Below are positions 1 through 8,703 of a stretch of DNA of 64,000 bases, piece after piece; position 1 is the stretch's first letter; each line of letters begins with the position of its first letter. Origin of the DNA: Escherichia phage vB_EcoM_phAPEC6; sequence record MK817115.1. The stretch is one strand, 5' to 3'. The position numbers were made by a program, and so were the translations under genes. The notes beneath the pieces were generated by a model. That model was not told where the DNA came from. It saw only the letters and a list, made by a program, of their open reading frames with translations, and did no database searches.

Positions 1-233
1 TAAATCCCATCCTCAGTTGGTTCAGGTTGGAATTGAGAAGGTGTAGTCATGAGCAAACGGTCAAATCCATTTTTAGTACTGTATCTGGTTGAATACCGTG
101 CAAACGGACCTACAGTTCGTGCAGGATCTAAGTTAGGTTCAATGTAACTAAATTTAAGTTCAAAACGATATACATACATAATTAAAATCCTCTAATTTAT
201 TAAGAGAATTATAACAAAAAAGGCTGACCGAAG

Positions 234-479
234 TCAACCTTTGTTTTGAAGTTCTTGAACTAATTGTCGTACTTCGTTAATATTTTTACACTGCTTTACA
301 GTGAAGTAATCATACTTACGACCATAGGTTCTTGGGTCATCACCTTCCATATACTGCTGCACATCAAAGATTTGTAAGTAGGGATGCTGCATAACACGAA
401 TATTATCACTTTGATAAATCAACATAATATCAATCCTTATATTTACACAAGCCACCAAAACTAGTTTCTTTAGCACCAC
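234..479 (-). CDS. hypothetical small protein (81 aa)
   Basis: ORF in track; tiled with neighbouring minus-strand genes; start may be an internal Met because 5' end overlaps the next gene. Confidence 0.45.
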   Translation of the reverse strand: MVLKKLVLVACVNIRIDIMLIYQSDNIRVMQHPYLQIFDVQQYMEGDDPRTYGRKYDYFTVKQCKNINEVRQLVQELQNKG

Positions 480-780
480 GACGCATCATAACTAATTTAG
501 CATATTGTGTGCCATTACTATCTTCATATACATCTACTTCAATAAACGCTAAGAAGTTAGGGTCTGTGTCGTTAGAAAACTCAGTGAAGCTAATGTCGCC
601 TACTGTATGCTCTTTAACAAACGTATATGATTGTCCATCAATATATACAATATCTCGATCGTCACTATCACCTTGATAGATATGTTTAATATTACCATCT
701 GTACAAACTAAACCTTCCAATGGTTCAGCATATGACAATCCACACATTAACATACATACAAAAAATAAAATAATTTTCAT
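430..780 (-). CDS. hypothetical secreted protein (116 aa)
   Basis: N-terminal signal-peptide-like hydrophobic segment MKIILFFVCMLMCGLSYA. Confidence 0.55.
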   Translation of the reverse strand: MKIILFFVCMLMCGLSYAEPLEGLVCTDGNIKHIYQGDSDDRDIVYIDGQSYTFVKEHTVGDISFTEFSNDTDPNFLAFIEVDVYEDSNGTQYAKLVMMRRGAKETSFGGLCKYKD

Positions 781-782
781 GA

Positions 783-1160
783 TTATTTTCCTCCAACGTT
801 AAGTGATTTCTTGTACTGATATTCTTTATAAGTACTATACCATATATCACCAACGTAAATCAAGTACCACGTAGCAGGATAAAGAGCCAATCCAGTACTG
901 ATGTATACGAACTTTTGGTCAAGGACATCAAATACATACAGAAGGAAAGTTACTCCCATAATGCAAGAACAAATTAACCACAAGTTATAAGCAATCGAAT
1001 CGCAAGCAAAAATAGAATCAAGCTTAGAAATTAGGACATATTTGTTTGTTAAAATGAAATGAATTACTGCAACTAAACAATATCCTGCCATAAAAATAGA
1101 AATTAAAAAAGACAGAATAATTGGAATATTCAACAACAAAAGTAAAATAGTGTTTACCAT
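783..1160 (-). CDS. hypothetical membrane protein (125 aa)
   Basis: Multiple hydrophobic helices throughout translation. Confidence 0.55.
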   Translation of the reverse strand: MVNTILLLLLNIPIILSFLISIFMAGYCLVAVIHFILTNKYVLISKLDSIFACDSIAYNLWLICSCIMGVTFLLYVFDVLDQKFVYISTGLALYPATWYLIYVGDIWYSTYKEYQYKKSLNVGGK

Positions 1161-1170
1161 TTTTTAAGTC

Positions 1171-1530
1171 CTATATTTCACAGTGTAAGTTCAATTTATC
1201 TATATCTAGGTCACGGCGTACCGATGAGTCCAAGTAAATTACTATATAGATATCACCATTACCAGTTCTTGGGTCTACAATTAATATTACGTTTGCTAAT
1301 GTACCAGAATCATCTCTATAAGTCGAGATTTTTTTATTACCGATAATACTTTCTACTTTAAAACGATAAATCACACCATCAACAACTATATTTTTACCAT
1401 TTCTAGGGTCGTTAGTCAATACATGCCACGTTCCCTTAGTACTACGACAATATGTTTCTGCTGCTGCACCATAACTAAAACATGAAAATAATGCACACAC
1501 AAGTGCTATTAATTTTATATAACTCTTCAT
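1171..1530 (-). CDS. hypothetical secreted protein (119 aa)
   Basis: Signal-peptide-like N-terminus MKSYIKLIALVCALFSCFSYGAAA. Confidence 0.55.
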   Translation of the reverse strand: MKSYIKLIALVCALFSCFSYGAAAETYCRSTKGTWHVLTNDPRNGKNIVVDGVIYRFKVESIIGNKKISTYRDDSGTLANVILIVDPRTGNGDIYIVIYLDSSVRRDLDIDKLNLHCEI

Positions 1531-1608
1531 AACAAACCTCTAACGAGAAATACTTCTGTACTATATATATGTACAGAAGTATTTAATACTATAGAGATAT
1601 TTTCACTG

Positions 1609-1935
1609 TTACATCTTATTCGTGAACTTGAATTTGATAATATCAATCCAAATTTTAACATTTCCTGCAAATAGTGCTTTGATTAGCCACATAATTGCAA
1701 CAAAGTTCTCAACTAAATCCAAAGTTTTAACTACTGCACCGAGTGGGAAGATAAAACTCAAAACCCATACAATTACTGAAACCACAACGACTGCATAGAA
1801 AATACGCACAATCGGTGAATCAAGCATAAACAACTCAGAGAACTCTTTTTTATCATTATCATCAGTAATGAAGCATTCGTAAACCAGAAGCCAAATCAGA
1901 ATTAAAGACGGAATTGAAATTAGTACTGATAGCAT
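1609..1935 (-). CDS. hypothetical membrane protein (108 aa)
   Basis: Hydrophobic helices; consensus promoter just upstream at 1982..2009. Confidence 0.55.
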   Translation of the reverse strand: MLSVLISIPSLILIWLLVYECFITDDNDKKEFSELFMLDSPIVRIFYAVVVVSVIVWVLSFIFPLGAVVKTLDLVENFVAIMWLIKALFAGNVKIWIDIIKFKFTNKM

Positions 1936-1981
1936 ATTTTTTACCTCAAGTTTAAGTGTTAAGTTTCAGACTACAGGAACC

Positions 1982-2009
1982 ATTATACAGTACTACGAAC
2001 GTTTGTCAA
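1982..2009 (-). promoter_or_regulatory. sigma70-type promoter (TTGACA, 16 nt, TATAAT)
   Basis: Reverse complement of 1982..2009 reads TTGACA aacgttcgtagtactg TATAAT; CAGTACTG in spacer. Confidence 0.6.
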
Positions 2010-2235
2010 CATTTGTTTCTTCAATAAGCATAAGATAACTTAACACGAAGAGTAATACCGAAATAATATCAATAACTGTAAAGCTCACTGGAATGATAAT
2101 AGACACCAGTACTAATGCCACGTTTAGCAAGAATACAGTAGTGAGATCTACCATCGTTCGTCTAGTGGCTAATGCCACTAGTGTAGGATAGAACATAAAC
2201 AATAGTGCAACAACAAAACTTAGTACTAGATACAT
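1993..2235 (-). CDS. hypothetical membrane protein (80 aa)
   Basis: Highly hydrophobic ORF. Confidence 0.5.
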   Translation of the reverse strand: MYLVLSFVVALLFMFYPTLVALATRRTMVDLTTVFLLNVALVLVSIIIPVSFTVIDIISVLLFVLSYLMLIEETNVDKRS

Positions 2236-2906
2236 TTCTTTTTCACCTTAATAAAATTATAACACAAAACCACATCAACATCTGGCTCATCATACAAGTA
2301 CTCAAAACGTTCTTTACTTCGTTTAGTACCGATATACTCACCATTCTTATGCCAACGCCATCCACCATCCTTTGGTTGTTCAGACTTCAGTACTGGGTGA
2401 TAGCACAGGACAATTTCTTCTGGACCTTCAATTAGGTTCTTGTACTTATTCATAATCTGTTCAAGCGTATCTGCTACACCATAAGATGGATGCATAAGAT
2501 AAGACTCAGGACGTGGACGTCCACTTGGTAGAATATCATCAGTACTATTAAAGATAGCACGGAAGTCTTCAGATGTGTATAGACTTCCATCTTCATGGAT
2601 CATTGGGTATTCATCCACGACATCGTAATCAGTGAAGTGTTCAATTGCATGTGCAGGTCGATAACCTGCAAGGATACCTGCATGTTTAGTCTGGACAATA
2701 GTCATAACAGATGTATTGTTGTTTACATTTGGAACATGAATTTCAGCCCAGAACGGATGATTTGGGTCAAAAGTTGCATTTACCAATGTACACTCACCAA
2801 TGTAATCAAACATAGTTTCCTTGAAGTTTAAAGAAACCCCACGTAATGCCCAGTCAGGTGAAGTGATGAAATTAAGATTAACTAACATAAGTATCCTCAT
2901 ATGCAT
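2226..2906 (-). CDS. hypothetical protein (226 aa)
   Basis: Long uninterrupted ORF; no motif recognised. Confidence 0.6.
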   Translation of the reverse strand: MHMRILMLVNLNFITSPDWALRGVSLNFKETMFDYIGECTLVNATFDPNHPFWAEIHVPNVNNNTSVMTIVQTKHAGILAGYRPAHAIEHFTDYDVVDEYPMIHEDGSLYTSEDFRAIFNSTDDILPSGRPRPESYLMHPSYGVADTLEQIMNKYKNLIEGPEEIVLCYHPVLKSEQPKDGGWRWHKNGEYIGTKRSKERFEYLYDEPDVDVVLCYNFIKVKKKCI

Positions 2907-2919
2907 TTTTTTGATGTGG

Positions 2920-3135
2920 TTATTGTATCAAAGATGTATCGATTTGTACAACATTTATTGTAACTATTTCGTACATATAGTCAGGTGCATTGAACTCAGC
3001 ATACCACTCAATGATCTCACAAGCAGCATCAACTTGGTTGTTCGCATTAACACGTCTTGCATAGGTACTAGACATTTTATATCTACCATTTACATACACG
3101 TTATATACACCATGACACCACCACATCTTAGTCAT
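2920..3135 (-). CDS. hypothetical small protein (71 aa)
   Basis: ORF tiled in minus-strand gene array. Confidence 0.45.
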   Translation of the reverse strand: MTKMWWCHGVYNVYVNGRYKMSSTYARRVNANNQVDAACEIIEWYAEFNAPDYMYEIVTINVVQIDTSLIQ

Positions 3136-3346
3136 TTATACTAGGCCATACTTTATATTGTAAGTTCTGGTATTGAAATTTACCAATTTCATTTTTCTTA
3201 CGGAATGATTCATCTACTTGAATTTCCGCATCGTACTGACCATCAGCCTGTACAACGTACTTAAATTCTTCTACGTGTGAAAAACGTTGACCTTCACCTT
3301 CTGGTTTATAGACTTGTACTAAACCTTCAACTAGATATAAATTCAT
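3128..3346 (-). CDS. hypothetical small protein (72 aa)
   Basis: ORF tiled in minus-strand gene array. Confidence 0.45.
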   Translation of the reverse strand: MNLYLVEGLVQVYKPEGEGQRFSHVEEFKYVVQADGQYDAEIQVDESFRKKNEIGKFQYQNLQYKVWPSIND

Positions 3347-3349
3347 TTA

Positions 3350-3571
3350 TCATTCCTCATCACTTTCAGTTAGTATAATGCTATGTACAGCTTCCACATA
3401 GCGGTGTGTTTTGGGTGTGTTATACTTTGTAATTTCATCAAACAATTTAAACAGTGCATCTACTTCACTAAGAGCACGAATGAATACATCCATCTTGGTG
3501 ACTACTCTGGAAAACCCGCGTATGTTATTAAATTCAGAGACGTGTTCATACACAACATAGTATCTATTCAT
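3350..3571 (-). CDS. hypothetical small protein (73 aa)
   Basis: ORF tiled in minus-strand gene array. Confidence 0.45.
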   Translation of the reverse strand: MNRYYVVYEHVSEFNNIRGFSRVVTKMDVFIRALSEVDALFKLFDEITKYNTPKTHRYVEAVHSIILTESDEE

Positions 3572-4086
3572 ATATTAAAAAGTTCCATGAATTCATTGAA
3601 TAAAGAAGTTCTAATGCACATAACAAATTCAAAATCAACATCGATGGTGTCAAGTAGTTTGAACAACTTTGGTACTAATGGATCATTCACCTCAAAGTTA
3701 TGAATCAAACTTTGTTGAAACACATTTTCTTCAGTACTATAATCAATAACAAAATATTCAGCAATACCAGGTGGTGTGTAAACATCATATAAAATATGGC
3801 GGTGATGATTTGTTTTAGAACTAGGGGAATATATAAGTTCTATTTCATAAGATTTATCAGCACTGCGTGCGTAACAAACAATATCAGTACTCGTTATTTC
3901 TGAACCATCACTTCTCTCTGAAAAACAAACATCAGCATAGCGTTTTCCAGAGAGATTCAAAAGGTCATGAGTTGTTTTACCATAACAGAAATCAGTTTCA
4001 ATGCGTATCACATCTTGATATTCAATTGGTCTTGTATCGCGGCGTTCACGATTAAACACTAATTTCAACAACTCATTAATATCCAT
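3568..4086 (-). CDS. EE-x-FFQ-x-S motif family paralog (172 aa)
   Basis: Contains STEENVFQQSLIHNFEV matching the family motif seen in more than 20 other ORFs. Confidence 0.65.
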   Translation of the reverse strand: MDINELLKLVFNRERRDTRPIEYQDVIRIETDFCYGKTTHDLLNLSGKRYADVCFSERSDGSEITSTDIVCYARSADKSYEIELIYSPSSKTNHHRHILYDVYTPPGIAEYFVIDYSTEENVFQQSLIHNFEVNDPLVPKLFKLLDTIDVDFEFVMCIRTSLFNEFMELFNI

Positions 4087-4343
4087 TATTTCGCCTCGAT
4101 AACCTTAAGGTTAACAAAATCACCTTTTACTTTCATGCATTTGAATTCAGTGCGAGTTTCATCCCCACTATCGCGAGGCCAATGAGTGGCAGAGTAGCAC
4201 TGGTCTGGTGTTTTATATACACCTTCACCAATAGTACGAGTGATTTCACCATTGGTGAGAACTACTGCGAGATATAAAGTAAACATGATATTCGCCTTAG
4301 AATAATTTATTAATAATAATAGCACCCAACGCAAGAACTGCAA
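4086..4343 (-). CDS. hypothetical small protein (85 aa)
   Basis: ORF; hydrophobic N-terminus. Confidence 0.45.
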   Translation of the reverse strand: MQFLRWVLLLLINYSKANIMFTLYLAVVLTNGEITRTIGEGVYKTPDQCYSATHWPRDSGDETRTEFKCMKVKGDFVNLKVIEAK

Positions 4344-4439
4344 TAATTACAGATACCCACATTACTGCATTCACTGTACCAGTAAGTTCTTTATCAAACT
4401 CCCTGCACTTCTTGCGGTAATCTTCCCACTCTTTGTTAT

Positions 4440-4655
4440 TCACACTGCCACTCCTAATAGGTCGGTAGCTTTCTTGAGTACTACGTCAATGGTTTCCAGT
4501 ACTGCACCTTTGTGTTCAATTGATACAATATTATTATAAGTATCAAGGTCCAAGTACTCCATATATTCAGTTTTGAATACACGAACATCAGTACTAGTGA
4601 TTTTAATATCACAACCTTTATCCCAAATAACCTGCATCATTTCATTGGTAGTCAT
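4440..4655 (-). CDS. hypothetical small protein (71 aa)
   Basis: ORF tiled in gene array. Confidence 0.45.
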   Translation of the reverse strand: MTTNEMMQVIWDKGCDIKITSTDVRVFKTEYMEYLDLDTYNNIVSIEHKGAVLETIDVVLKKATDLLGVAV

Positions 4656-4930
4656 TATTCAACCTTATCATAAACAAGTTTGTGTGTGCTTAATACTTTG
4701 TTGTGATGTCCAGGGCATTCATATACATACAATCGCTCCTGACGTTTTTCCCAACCACCACAGATACGACCTGATTGTGTACATATTTCATACTCGTTAA
4801 TAAAAGACTTACCTGTGAATGTACAATCCTGACGAACTAAGTCTTTTGCACTAAACCTGCCGTCATCATTACATGCTGTAAGAAACATTGTACTGCACAC
4901 AATGATTCCAGACAAGAGTTTTTTAATCAT
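4655..4930 (-). CDS. putative lipoprotein (91 aa)
   Basis: Signal peptide followed by lipobox-like LTAC (MIKKLLSGIIVCSTMFLTACNDDG). Confidence 0.55.
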   Translation of the reverse strand: MIKKLLSGIIVCSTMFLTACNDDGRFSAKDLVRQDCTFTGKSFINEYEICTQSGRICGGWEKRQERLYVYECPGHHNKVLSTHKLVYDKVE

Positions 4931-5295
4931 TTAACATCACCCCAACGGAATCCATTCATATAATTCAAATTCACCTCAACGAGTTCATTTGTTTTTGTAC
5001 ACCAAATTGATAGAGTTTTTGTAACATCACCAGGTGAACTTTCATACTTCACACAATACCCTTCAATGCGAAGAGTTTTGTTAGTCCAATGTTGCCACTC
5101 AATCCAAATTTCATTAGGATAATAAACCATATCTTCCTTGAACCTATGGTATTGATCCATCGGTAAGTGACCTTCAACTTCAATTACTTCAGCACTTCGA
5201 ACAAGTTTGTCAAGCTTGTACTTTATCTCAGCAAGATATTCTTCATCATTCAGACGAGTTAATAAATCTGCTGCACGTGTTGTATCAAGGCTCAT
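4927..5295 (-). CDS. hypothetical protein (122 aa)
   Basis: ORF with 4-nt overlap to downstream gene. Confidence 0.55.
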   Translation of the reverse strand: MSLDTTRAADLLTRLNDEEYLAEIKYKLDKLVRSAEVIEVEGHLPMDQYHRFKEDMVYYPNEIWIEWQHWTNKTLRIEGYCVKYESSPGDVTKTLSIWCTKTNELVEVNLNYMNGFRWGDVK

Positions 5296-5297
5296 TG

Positions 5298-5543
5298 TTA
5301 TTCTCCATGAATTACGGAAGTGTTGATTCGTGTTTTACCGCTAGTGTATCCAGTACTTGTATTTGCATTAGGACAGTACACAGTGTATAAAGTCGCACCA
5401 GCACCATCTTGTTGCATACGATAAATCTTACACCCTGCTTCTTTTAATTCAGCAGGTAGAACAAAATCACTTGTACGTTCTTTGGTAGAAGCATCACATG
5501 CAGTGAGTAGAAATGCGACGAGTACTGCTACAATGTATTTCAT
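5298..5543 (-). CDS. putative lipoprotein (81 aa)
   Basis: Signal peptide plus lipobox LTAC (MKYIVAVLVAFLLTACDAS). Confidence 0.55.
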   Translation of the reverse strand: MKYIVAVLVAFLLTACDASTKERTSDFVLPAELKEAGCKIYRMQQDGAGATLYTVYCPNANTSTGYTSGKTRINTSVIHGE

Positions 5544-5851
5544 TAACGAACCTCCACTTCTTGAGAAAGAGCATGAGTCAGTGCATTTGAATTCGAACCA
5601 TTCATTTCACGCTGACATACAAACATAATGGCATCTTGTACTGAACCTGCGATTTCATACTCACGACCTTCTGGATCAGTTACCAGATGTTCAACGATAC
5701 AACCACCTCTCAGTACAGAAGCACCAGTACTTACACTAATTTTGTAACCTAAGAAATCAAACTGCATACATGCGTCAGTAGGTTTCATCCAATGACCGCT
5801 GTTTTGATTCAAATCGATGATTACAAAACCTTGAGTGTTAGTTTGAAACAT
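5543..5851 (-). CDS. hypothetical protein (102 aa)
   Basis: ORF downstream of consensus promoter at 5945..5973. Confidence 0.55.
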   Translation of the reverse strand: MFQTNTQGFVIIDLNQNSGHWMKPTDACMQFDFLGYKISVSTGASVLRGGCIVEHLVTDPEGREYEIAGSVQDAIMFVCQREMNGSNSNALTHALSQEVEVR

Positions 5852-5944
5852 AGTTAATTCCTCATTTAATTTAAAAGGGCGGGAACGCAGTGACGAGTAC
5901 GATTATGCTGTCTTTCCTTTCACTGCATTCCCTTTGATATAAAC

Positions 5945-5973
5945 ATTATACTGCTATTATTCAGTACTGTCAA
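5945..5973 (-). promoter_or_regulatory. sigma70-type promoter (TTGACA, 17 nt, TATAAT)
   Basis: Reverse complement reads TTGACA gtactgaataatagcag TATAAT GTTTATATCAAA. Confidence 0.6.
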
Positions 5974-6263
5974 TCGATATAAGTACCTTTTTTAACATCA
6001 CAGACTTCTTCCATCCAATGTGGATTTTCGTTTTTATCAGTGAAGATTTGTTCTGCTTCTTCTTTTGTTTCAGCTAGGACAATACGATCCCCTTCATCCA
6101 AATCACGGATACGATACACTTTCAGTTCTTGTTTCTTCTCAAGGATATTACACAGTTCACGTGCTTTTTCTTCATCGCACTTCCCTTCATTAGCATAAAA
6201 CCAAATTGCTTTTTTAATAAGGTCACGTTCTTCTTTAGAAAAAGACATAATATTTCCTATCAT
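5970..6263 (-). CDS. hypothetical protein (97 aa)
   Basis: ORF; consensus promoter upstream at 6294..6321. Confidence 0.5.
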   Translation of the reverse strand: MIGNIMSFSKEERDLIKKAIWFYANEGKCDEEKARELCNILEKKQELKVYRIRDLDEGDRIVLAETKEEAEQIFTDKNENPHWMEEVCDVKKGTYID

Positions 6264-6293
6264 TTGTTAAAGTGGATTTCGTTTGATATAAAC

Positions 6294-6321
6294 ATTATAC
6301 AGTACTGATATCTTCTGTCAA
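6294..6321 (-). promoter_or_regulatory. sigma70-type promoter (TTGACA, 16 nt, TATAAT)
   Basis: Reverse complement reads TTGACA gaagatatcagtactg TATAAT GTTTATATCAAA; same downstream box as 5945 promoter. Confidence 0.6.
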
Positions 6322-6418
6322 GTATTAATCATCAAAAATCATCATATACCCAAAGCAAGCAACACAGATGACTAAAACTAACAATACCAACGATAGCCTC
6401 TAACATCATTTTATATCC

Positions 6419-6637
6419 TTAATCGATAATTTTATATTCACGATGACCATAGAAGCCAGCCTCAAGGATGCGATTACCATCAGCATCTTCCAAGTCCCAA
6501 CCACGGGATGTTTCGGCAATAATAGTCATGATGTGACCTCTTGGGAAAATCCCACTCAGAGTGGATACATCCTCAAGTAATTGAACTTTCTTTCCAACAT
6601 TGGAATTCGGTTTAAACATTTTATGGCCCTTATTCAT
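6419..6637 (-). CDS. hypothetical small protein (72 aa)
   Basis: ORF in track. Confidence 0.45.
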   Translation of the reverse strand: MNKGHKMFKPNSNVGKKVQLLEDVSTLSGIFPRGHIMTIIAETSRGWDLEDADGNRILEAGFYGHREYKIID

Positions 6638-6812
6638 TGATCACATCAAGTACTTTATCCAGCTTTTTACCAATGCTTTCCTTTGGTTTCTCACCATTCT
6701 GGAATACATTAGAACTGCAATACTCAGGACGCGTATTAGGAAACTTCTCGTTCATCCAGGAGTGACCGTAAACACCCAGCATGATGCCAACAATAAGAAT
6801 GATAATTTGCAT
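6630..6812 (-). CDS. hypothetical small membrane protein (60 aa)
   Basis: ORF with hydrophobic N-terminus. Confidence 0.4.
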   Translation of the reverse strand: MQIIILIVGIMLGVYGHSWMNEKFPNTRPEYCSSNVFQNGEKPKESIGKKLDKVLDVINE

Positions 6813-6827
6813 GATAATTTCCTCTGA

Positions 6828-7616
6828 TTAAATGTTAGTAGTATAGTACTTGATTTCGTGTTGAATTGCAAGTTCTATTTGTTTATTGAAAAGAATTCCA
6901 AACTCTTTGATTGATTCACAATCGAATTCAATAGAAAAAGTATACTCTGGTACACGTACATTGTCAATACCCAAATACTCTTTTATGTAAATTTTAATGA
7001 GTTCACATAGTGCAGTACTAAGACATTGAATTTCAAAATGTTTTGCACCTTTGTCAAAATACTTGAATGCATCAATATCACCTACAATAAAACTATTCTT
7101 TAATGTAGTGAATAGGTTCTCAGGAAACACGGTAATAGGTGACATTGATTTAAGAATGTATGTATCTTTGGCATTCTTAATGTACTCAATGAAGCAGTAG
7201 TTGACGTCAGGCTCGATTGAACGATCCGCGTTATGATACCAGTGTTTAAACTCACTGTATTCAGCAAACTTATGCTGGCGTAATGCGTTACAATCTTCAC
7301 ACAGTGCAGTCATGTTCTCTTTATCATTACCGCCCTGAAGACAGTCCAGTACATTATGGTCTAACGTCATGCGTACAAGGCGTTTCCCTTTAAGTACATA
7401 AGGTCTGAATTTATAACGTTCTTTAGTACTGTGCTTGTGTAAAGTGAATACTACATTTGATTCACCACAACAATCACATTTAAAGCCATCACGTGACATT
7501 ACATGAATGAGTTTGCGTGTGTTCGGTCCAAACTCAGATTTAGTAATGTTATCCACAATTTCTGATGGTTGGTAATATTTTGAATTCCGTTGAATCAGTT
7601 CATCGATAGTGCTCAT
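6828..7616 (-). CDS. HNH endonuclease (262 aa)
   Basis: HNH-type motif: CDCCG ... TLDHN ... GGNDKENMTALCEDCN (Cys pair, His, Asn, Cys pair). Confidence 0.75.
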   Translation of the reverse strand: MSTIDELIQRNSKYYQPSEIVDNITKSEFGPNTRKLIHVMSRDGFKCDCCGESNVVFTLHKHSTKERYKFRPYVLKGKRLVRMTLDHNVLDCLQGGNDKENMTALCEDCNALRQHKFAEYSEFKHWYHNADRSIEPDVNYCFIEYIKNAKDTYILKSMSPITVFPENLFTTLKNSFIVGDIDAFKYFDKGAKHFEIQCLSTALCELIKIYIKEYLGIDNVRVPEYTFSIEFDCESIKEFGILFNKQIELAIQHEIKYYTTNI

Positions 7617-7847
7617 TTACATTATTCCTTCTATGCAACAACCAAGAATTACTTTTTTAACTTCAACAACTCGTACCAAATAGAATCCATTTGAAAAGTT
7701 AAAACTATACATTTGTACTAAGGCATCTGCTTCAGATTTCGCACGGATACATGATAGATAAATTTCACGTATATCACCATCTAACGATACTTGTTTCTCT
7801 GCATCGATGACAATAGAACGAATCTCAAAACGAACACCATAACTCAT
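7617..7847 (-). CDS. hypothetical small protein (76 aa)
   Basis: ORF in track. Confidence 0.45.
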   Translation of the reverse strand: MSYGVRFEIRSIVIDAEKQVSLDGDIREIYLSCIRAKSEADALVQMYSFNFSNGFYLVRVVEVKKVILGCCIEGIM

Positions 7848-8053
7848 TGAGTTTGTCCTACAATAAGCTTTGTGTTAGTATTACTATTGTAACACCACAT
7901 TTGTTCTTTATTAACTGTAATCCAAATATCTTTGTTTACTTGTTCGTATGTACTATCACGTACTGCTATGCATTGATTCATGGAATTCATTGGGGTTATT
8001 TGTATACCGGAATTAACAGAGAAAGCGACTACTAAAAAGATTACTGAATTCAT
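7844..8053 (-). CDS. hypothetical secreted small protein (69 aa)
   Basis: Signal-peptide-like N-terminus; promoter at 8118..8146. Confidence 0.45.
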   Translation of the reverse strand: MNSVIFLVVAFSVNSGIQITPMNSMNQCIAVRDSTYEQVNKDIWITVNKEQMWCYNSNTNTKLIVGQTQ

Positions 8054-8117
8054 TGGATATTCCTTAATGGTTAATCATCCATCTCTTCGAGATGTCTGTT
8101 CGCTTCTAATACTACGT

Positions 8118-8146
8118 ATTCTACGCGAATGATTAATAACTGTCAA
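8118..8146 (-). promoter_or_regulatory. sigma70-type promoter (TTGACA, 17 nt, TAGAAT)
   Basis: Reverse complement reads TTGACA gttattaatcattcgcg TAGAAT. Confidence 0.5.
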
Positions 8147-8670
8147 GGACTTTTAATATTGACGGGATTTGAGGAAGGGATTTTTCTTCCCCCCACAAGG
8201 AGGGAAATTTGACGCTGATGGTATCAGAGCTATTGCATTGAAGATTACTCATAACGAGTGCGAAAGCGGGTCATCCTGTTTCTCTCTACTTCAGTTTCAT
8301 ATGACGGTCTACACTTTTAAACATAGTGTATCTTCATTAAGTATCTATGCAATCAAATACTTAATGTGAGTACTCAAATTTTGGACGCAACTTTCCTGTA
8401 CAAAATTCGATAACTCTCCCTTAGATAATTCGTAAGGTGTTATCCTTATATGTCTATCAAGGAACCACCAGCTATCCTAACGTGGTTCTTTATACAGCCG
8501 CATTGCCGTGAGGGGTTCAAACTATGCCCACATCTAACGGGTTTCTTTTGCTGTTCGCACTGTCGGACTGCTCAACTGCCCTCTACGTTTTCGAGTGGAT
8601 CAGGTACATGAATATCATGCCAACAGAATTGTACAAGATAATTATATCACAAACTTTTACTTCATCCCAT

Positions 8671-8695
8671 AAAAAAAGGTTGGCATAAGCCAACC
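8671..8695 (-). terminator. rho-independent terminator of sigma-factor gene
   Basis: 7-bp GC-rich hairpin ggttggc/gccaacc followed on minus strand by a run of 7 T. Confidence 0.65.
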
Positions 8696-8703
8696 CTTGT
8701 TCT

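Noticed and set aside
2205-3144. Plus-strand ORFs 2205..2435, 2595..2831 and 2821..3144 from the six-frame track
   Set aside because: They lie antisense inside well-supported minus-strand genes, have no RBS and are hydrophobic and low-complexity. Treated as shadow ORFs; the same reasoning applies to other embedded plus-strand ORFs (for example 39032..39427, 46763..47122, 52689..53024, 57951..58187).
8169-8369. 66-aa plus-strand ORF in the GC-elevated island
   Set aside because: No Shine-Dalgarno or promoter, and the opposite strand to every neighbouring gene. The region is more plausibly non-coding RNA or a gene remnant.
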